NCBI GenBank assembly: GCA_963743525.1
Contig: CAVUQH010000004.1
Span: forward strand, 128,001-192,000
Direction: 5' to 3'
DNA from: an uncultured delta proteobacterium
GTDB lineage: Bacteria; Myxococcota_A; Polyangia; Haliangiales; Haliangiaceae
DNA: 64,000 bases
Shown: positions 59,501 to 64,000 of the stretch, piece after piece
Layout of the letters: each line of letters starts with the position of its first letter
Position numbering within the stretch: the first letter of the stretch is position 1
The notes under the pieces: generated by a model
Told to the model about the DNA's origin: nothing
What the model saw: only the letters and a program-made list of their open reading frames with translations
Database searches by the model: none
Position numbers and translations under genes: made by a program

Positions 59501-60320
59501 CACCGAGCGCGCGCTGCGCGAGCGCTGCCGCGGTGTCGCATGGGAGGTCATGACCATGCAGTCCCTGGCCGCATTTGCCCGCAGCTGGATGGGTCACTGG
59601 GGCGAGGTCGTGCCCCGTCTGCACCAGCAAGTGCGCGACGCCGAGCAGCGCGGCGACCTGTACGGCGCGGCCACGCTCACCCTGGCGCTGGCCTGGACAG
59701 GCTCGCTGGCCGCCGACGATCCCGACGGCGCCGAGGAGACGATCCACGCCTATCTCGATCGCTGGGGCGAGACCGAGATGCACTATCAGCACTTCTACGA
59801 GACGATGAACCGCTGCCGGGTCTGCCTCTACCGCGGCGAGCCGCGGCGCGGCCTCGACTACCTCGAGCGGCGCTGGTCCGAGCTCCGGCGCGCCGGACAC
59901 TTTCGCGTCTTCGTCACCTGGGTGCTGTCTCTCTTGCTTCGCGCCGAGCTGTCGATCGCCGCCGCCCATCAGGACCGCGCCGAACGCCCCCGCCTGCTCC
60001 GTCGCGCGGAGCGCGATGCGCGACGGCTGCAGCACGTGCCGTTCATCGGCGCCGACCAGGCCGCGCGCCAACTGCGCGGCTGCATCGCCGCCGCGCGCGG
60101 TGACGAGGAAACCGCGGTGCCGCTCCTCCTCGACAGCAGCCGCGCGCTGGGAGCGCTGGGCTGGGAGCTTCATCACGCGCTGGGCAACGGACTGGCCGGC
60201 GAGCTCCTCGGCGGCGACGAGGGCGCGCGGCTGATCACGGCACGCGACGACTTCCTCCGCGCCCAGGGCGCGCGCGACCCGCAGCGGATGCGCCGAGTCC
60301 ACTGTCCCGGCCTACCGTGA
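56571..60320 (+). CDS. Ser/Thr kinase plus AAA (STAND-like) ATPase plus helical repeat domain
   Basis: HRDLKPSN, DFG; FIGR..EL, GPSGIGKS, IDDLQWGD, GNPFF. Confidence 0.92.
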   Translation: MGAGRRPGGVPSGRDFTPGSGRFEIQTLLGSGANGSVYAAFDRARGSTVALKTLDREDPAGLLAFKREFRELAGVRHPHLVTLYELVAAEDQWFFTMEMVRGVDFATHIRPRAATDAPGRTPGPRRADADDPTATLDGDTRDLVGRLAVQGASPLDDAGQARLRPALIQLAEGITALHRAGILHRDLKPSNIMVEDGGRVVILDFGLALPLDGDRRPEHLAGTPPYMAPEQVALEPITEASDWYAFGAILYQTLTGKVPLADLGRSMLLEYKQRNDVQAPSTVVDVPRDLDELCAALLRRDPAARPRGDEVLAALRGATPTQPTARHDRDELPFIGRAQELAQLVDAATGSRPRRPTAAWIVGPSGIGKSRLVAQAVSEISARDADALVLTGRCYEQESLPYKGIDGVVDVLSGVLARLPDDQLRALLPDGVDAVARLFPVLARLSPSLSPPATAAPPDDVELRRRGFACLRELLRRLAATRTVVMTIDDLQWGDRDSGALLLELLRPPDAPGLLLIATLRDDGDSSLLSWLRPRIEALTGVDVTELRLAPLDDGDARALARQLLGDDERAERIAAEAQGNPFFVRELALHQAGGTAGRPSLATVIFDRFAALTPPAQRLVEAIALGGPVPLQVAFAAAGVGESGAAALAELRAARLVRQRQTTGDQLIEAYHDRIRTGVESILDEDERADRHRRLAEALETLAVNDPERLARHYLGAGDDQRAAGHVLRAARRASDALAFERAAELYHVALAVGSWSTAETSALEADRGAALASAGHGPTAADAFLAAAAGTGDERALELRQRAAEQLLLSGRIDRGLDVFQSVLGHFGDRLPRTRRGAMFRLVREVARLRLRGLRHREREAGDLPADTLRRIDLYWAVGHGLAGVSPVTSLDFVTRAARLALDAGEPARVAATVALQTCLISSVSRRDVDGPLTFAAAAAERSGNTYARIIAEGVRGPVAYFRGDFPATVAICDRTERALRERCRGVAWEVMTMQSLAAFARSWMGHWGEVVPRLHQQVRDAEQRGDLYGAATLTLALAWTGSLAADDPDGAEETIHAYLDRWGETEMHYQHFYETMNRCRVCLYRGEPRRGLDYLERRWSELRRAGHFRVFVTWVLSLLLRAELSIAAAHQDRAERPRLLRRAERDARRLQHVPFIGADQAARQLRGCIAAARGDEETAVPLLLDSSRALGALGWELHHALGNGLAGELLGGDEGARLITARDDFLRAQGARDPQRMRRVHCPGLP

Positions 60321-60348
60321 GCCGCTCGCGGCTCCGTGCGCGCCCGCG

Positions 60349-62130
60349 TCAGTAGGCATCGATCTGGATGACGCCGACGTTGGCCGTGCCGCCCTCGGGC
60401 ACGCTGACGTCAACCTCGGTTCGGTGCTCGCCGACGTTGATCTGCAGGGTGTACTGCCGCGGCGACAACCCGTCGAGGAGGAAGCGACCATCCTCGCTCT
60501 GGAAGCGCCGGGGCGCGCCGCTGTCGTCGACCGAAACCTCGAACTCGGACGGAACGCTGCCGTCGCTCAGCTTCACCTGACCGGCGATGCCGCCGTCGCC
60601 CGGCAACACCAGGGTCACCTGCTCGCCGGTGTTGGCGGTGGTGCCGACGCTGCGCATCCACGGGCTCTGGTTGTTGTTGGCGTACGGGCGCCGGGCGGTG
60701 AGCCCGTATTCGCCCGGGGCCAGGCCGGTGCAGGCGAAGCGCCCGGCCTCGTCGGTGGTCTCGGGCGTCACCGGGCGCAGGCCAATGGCGCCGATCTTGT
60801 GGCCGACGCAGACCACCTCGGCGTCGGCAATCGGCGCGCCGTCAGCGTCGGTCACGGTTCCCTCGATGACGCCGTCGAGCTCGAGCCGGATCTCGGCGTC
60901 GAGGTTCTGCGGCTTGCCCGCCAGGTCGAAGGCGACGTTGGTGCTGGAGGCGTCCAGGCTGCTGGCAACCAGCTCGACGGGAACCTCGGGCAGGCCGTCG
61001 ATGCGGAAGCGCCCGGCCTCGTCGGCGCGGGTCGTGCGCAGCCCGGCGTTCTTCACCGACGGATCGTCGGCGTTGACGCGCACCGTGGCGAACGGCTCGG
61101 GTCCACCGTCGGCGTCGACCACGCGACCCGCAATGGTCGCCCCGCGGTTGACGACGATGCGGACGCCGCTGTGCGGATGGACGCCGTCAACGTTGATCAC
61201 CTTCGACTGTCCGGGCAGATACGACGGATGGGTGGCGCGGAGCACGAACTCGCCCTCTTCCAGCGCCGGCAAGGTGAACTCGCCGTGCTCGTCGGTGAGG
61301 GTCACGTGTTTGGTCACGCGCGGCCGCGGCGAGTAGACCGAGATCAGCGACGCCGGCTGGGGAATGACCGCGGCGCCCTTCACCGGCGTGCCGTCCTCGG
61401 CGATGACCACGCCACGCACCGGCGCGCCACGGAGGAGCTTCATGGTCACCCGCCAGGTCAGCCCGGCCTGTGGCGGCATCGCCTGCTGCACGTAGGCATA
61501 GCCGGGCGCCGAAGCGACGATGCCGTAGCTGGCCGGGGTCAACGCGGCCAGCTCGACCACACCGTGCTCGTCGGTCACGCCCTCGCGCAGTGGCTCGTCA
61601 CCCAGTCCCGGGTCGGGGAGCACGTAGACCTGGGCGCCGGGAATCGGATCGTCGCCGTCGAGCGTGACCACCGAAACCTCGAGGGTCGCCGCGGCGAACA
61701 TGCGCAGGATCACCGGCGGGGTGTCGAGACGCAGGTGCACCTGCTTGGGCGCCGACGCCTTGCCCGCGGCGCTGGCGCTGGCGAAGTAGTCGCCGGCGGC
61801 CAGGTCGTCGAAGGTGAAGCGGCCGTCGTCGGCGCTGGTGGCCGAGCGCTCCTCGACCCCGCTCAGGCGAACTGCGGCGCCGGCAATCGCGCCTCCCGCG
61901 GTATCGACCACCCGACCGCGCAAAGACAGTCGCGCCTGCCGGCTGCGGAAGCGCAGCGGCAGGCGACCGTGGGTCCGCGCAGCGATCGGGTCGGTCGCGC
62001 TGCCGGGCCCCGGCCTGACCGCGCCACCGCCGTCGGTTCCGCCGCGTCCGTGCGACCAGAACAGATAGAGCAGCAGCGCGACCACACCGGCGGCCACCAC
62101 CGCGACCGCCGTGCGACGGCGTGACGTCAT
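60349..62130 (-). CDS. Membrane-anchored carboxypeptidase-regulatory-like repeat protein
   Basis: N-terminal TM helix; repeats of 'GxVVDxxGxPIxGAxV..TDExGxF..L..G.Y.L.A'. Confidence 0.85.
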   Translation of the reverse strand: MTSRRRTAVAVVAAGVVALLLYLFWSHGRGGTDGGGAVRPGPGSATDPIAARTHGRLPLRFRSRQARLSLRGRVVDTAGGAIAGAAVRLSGVEERSATSADDGRFTFDDLAAGDYFASASAAGKASAPKQVHLRLDTPPVILRMFAAATLEVSVVTLDGDDPIPGAQVYVLPDPGLGDEPLREGVTDEHGVVELAALTPASYGIVASAPGYAYVQQAMPPQAGLTWRVTMKLLRGAPVRGVVIAEDGTPVKGAAVIPQPASLISVYSPRPRVTKHVTLTDEHGEFTLPALEEGEFVLRATHPSYLPGQSKVINVDGVHPHSGVRIVVNRGATIAGRVVDADGGPEPFATVRVNADDPSVKNAGLRTTRADEAGRFRIDGLPEVPVELVASSLDASSTNVAFDLAGKPQNLDAEIRLELDGVIEGTVTDADGAPIADAEVVCVGHKIGAIGLRPVTPETTDEAGRFACTGLAPGEYGLTARRPYANNNQSPWMRSVGTTANTGEQVTLVLPGDGGIAGQVKLSDGSVPSEFEVSVDDSGAPRRFQSEDGRFLLDGLSPRQYTLQINVGEHRTEVDVSVPEGGTANVGVIQIDAY

Positions 62131-62152
62131 CGCCCCGAGAATAGCGCGTCAG

Positions 62153-62905
62153 CTAGAACCAATCGAAGATCGACGACACGATGTCGGCGACCGCCTTGAC
62201 CAGCTGCTTGACGCCGGCCTCGACGTACGAGATCGCCGCGTCGACGAAGCCGCCGAGGCAGGCCAGGTGGCCGTGCTGTGCCACGCACTGGTCGTGCTCG
62301 TAGCACTCGGGGGTCCACGCTTCCCACGGCATCCAGCTGCAGCCGAGGCCGCAGCGGCCGAAGCACTCGTTGCTGCCCGAGCCGCTGCTCAGCGTCGCCT
62401 TGTGATAGAAGTGGTTTCCGTCGGTGCGGGCGTAGCCGAGGATGTACTCGGTGACGTACTGCGTGCCCTCGCAGTTGGGATCGAACGAGTTGAAGTGCTC
62501 ACCGCTGGACTGCCGGCAGCGGTACAGCGGCGCGTGCCCCAATCGCGGCGACGTCAGCAGGTAGCCCAGGCGTCCCTCGTTGATGCCGGCGCCCTCGCAG
62601 TTGGAGCTGGTGGTGGTCATGTGGTCCCAGCCCCAGATGTAGCAGCGGTAGATCGGCCGCGCGTTGGCCGGCGTGCCACCGTTGCCGCCGTACGGTTGGC
62701 TGTAGAACAGGGTCGAGCTCTCGGCGTAGTAGCCCTTGGAGCTGGCCTCGTACTGATTGGTCGAGCTCATGTGGTCGTACTTGCCGCCCGGGTGGTAGAG
62801 GCGGTAGATGCGGACCGTCTCGACGCCGCCGGCGAGGGCGTCCCCCACACCAGGGCCCATCAGGAAGGCGGCGGCAGCGAGGAAACCGAGCAGCGTTCTG
62901 CGCAT
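62153..62905 (-). CDS. Secreted protein: DUF5648-like repeats plus Cys-rich domain with CxxHDxC
   Basis: Signal peptide; IYRLYH..DH, PIYRC..DH, PLYRC..EHF repeats; CFGRCGLGC..ECYEHDQC. Confidence 0.75.
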   Translation of the reverse strand: MRRTLLGFLAAAAFLMGPGVGDALAGGVETVRIYRLYHPGGKYDHMSSTNQYEASSKGYYAESSTLFYSQPYGGNGGTPANARPIYRCYIWGWDHMTTTSSNCEGAGINEGRLGYLLTSPRLGHAPLYRCRQSSGEHFNSFDPNCEGTQYVTEYILGYARTDGNHFYHKATLSSGSGSNECFGRCGLGCSWMPWEAWTPECYEHDQCVAQHGHLACLGGFVDAAISYVEAGVKQLVKAVADIVSSIFDWF

Positions 62906-63110
62906 GACGTATGCCAAATTGCAAAGTTTGGTCCACGAGTAAGCAGCAGCCAACTCATTGAAATAGCGGCGCGGTGGCTTGCGAAAGACCGTTCAACTGT
63001 TCATCGATTGAACTGCCGTTGTTCAAATCTTGGGAGCTCTGAACAGTCGCTCGCTCCCCGGGGGAGAGTCCGGCGGTGTGGGTGCCGCGTGATAGCCCTG
63101 GGGCCACGGG

Positions 63111-64000
63111 ATGGGATTCTCCGGCCATCGCATCGGCCCGGCATCGGCCCGGCTGGCGGCGCTTTGCGGCGTGCTGCTCGGCGCCGTCGGCGCCCCGCGC
63201 GCGGCCGAGCCTGCGCCTGACGCGACCATCGCGGTGTCGCTGCGCGCCGATGGAGTTCCCGCCTGGCAGGCGCGCGCGGTCGAGCACGCCCTGGCGCTGG
63301 ATCTCGTCGGCGGCCGCCTCGGCGCACCGACCGAGCCGGTGCCGCCGCCGGCGTGCGCGGCCGCTGATCTCGAGTGCGCCATCGCCGGCTACCGCGCCGC
63401 CGGCGTCGACCTGGCGGTGACCGGCTCGCTGGCGCCGGGGCGACTTCGCTATCGCATCCTCATGACCTGGCCGACGGCGTCGCCGCCGGTCGTGCGCGGG
63501 GCGACGTCGACCATCGGCGTCGGCCGCGCCGGGCTGACCGCGGCGATGCACGAAGCGCTGCGGCCGATCCTTCGCCCCGGCGGACCACTCGATCACATGA
63601 CGTCGGCGCCGGCCGGCGAGGTGCCGGCGTCCCTGCCGGTGCCGGGTGCGCGCGGCACCGCCGCCGCAGTCGCGTTGCTGGCGCTGGCGCTGGCGCTGTT
63701 GGCGCTGCTCGTGCCGGGGGCGCGCGCCGCCGGACTGGCGCGATTGCGCGCACTGAGGCCGACGCTGGCCGCCGCCACCGGCCTCGTCGCAGCCGCGATC
63801 GCGTTGATCGCCGCGGCGCCCTGGCTCGCCGGGTCGGCGTGGTCGGTCTATGTCGCCGGCGGCCTGGCGTGGGGCTGGTTCGCGGCCGTCACCCTGCCCC
63901 ACCTGTTCCCGCTGCTGGGCGGCCTCGAGCGCGTGGAGCACGGCGACCTGTTTCGCCTGCTGCGCGCGTGGGCGGTGCTGTCGCTGCAACGCATCGGCGA
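63111..64000 (+). CDS. Membrane protein, 3'-truncated
   Basis: Frame open from ATG 63111 to the window end; signal-like start, periplasmic part, then hydrophobic segments. Confidence 0.6.
   Translation, partial: MGFSGHRIGPASARLAALCGVLLGAVGAPRAAEPAPDATIAVSLRADGVPAWQARAVEHALALDLVGGRLGAPTEPVPPPACAAADLECAIAGYRAAGVDLAVTGSLAPGRLRYRILMTWPTASPPVVRGATSTIGVGRAGLTAAMHEALRPILRPGGPLDHMTSAPAGEVPASLPVPGARGTAAAVALLALALALLALLVPGARAAGLARLRALRPTLAAATGLVAAAIALIAAAPWLAGSAWSVYVAGGLAWGWFAAVTLPHLFPLLGGLERVEHGDLFRLLRAWAVLSLQRIG

Noticed and set aside
56571..60320. Kinase-ATPase as a novel anti-phage STAND system
   Set aside because: This architecture is common in myxobacterial signalling; no nuclease effector or defence-island context.
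1..64000. tRNA, rRNA, IS/transposase or prophage
   Set aside because: None recognised by eye; small structured RNAs cannot be excluded without a covariance-model search.

Overview
High-GC, gene-dense bacterial DNA. The many lipoproteins, Ser/Thr kinases, Cys-rich secreted proteins and sigma54-type promoter motifs suggest a myxobacterium (Myxococcota); this is inference. About 60 CDS. No rRNA, tRNA, CRISPR or IS element was recognised. Ordinary content includes RecQ, AzoR, WS/DGAT, an RRM protein, two acyl-CoA catabolic clusters, a metal ABC transporter and kinases. Main candidates for undescribed systems: (1) 35.9-43.8 kb, a divergent locus with a sigma54-type promoter for each arm, pairing a NodC/HasA-like GT2 synthase, WbqC, two deacetylases and a methyltransferase with a HlyD-like adaptor, a TolC-like channel and a lectin-like lipoprotein, with no ABC/RND pump. 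(2) 44.2-45.6 kb, a radical SAM/SPASM enzyme fused to an internal twin-arginine-like segment and a Pro-rich tail with repeated Gly-centred motifs. (3) 46.8-49.4 kb, an operon of three monoheme lipoprotein cytochromes and a heme-porin fusion with Cyc2-like architecture. Also notable: an RND transporter with no transmembrane helices, a GspD-N0/GspC-PDZ fusion lipoprotein, and a dead cyclase fused to a kinase. Several frameshifts at short base runs and GTCGAC->GTYRAC changes suggest long-read errors, so broken genes should not be assumed to be pseudogenes. All family calls come from motif recognition by eye, not database searches.
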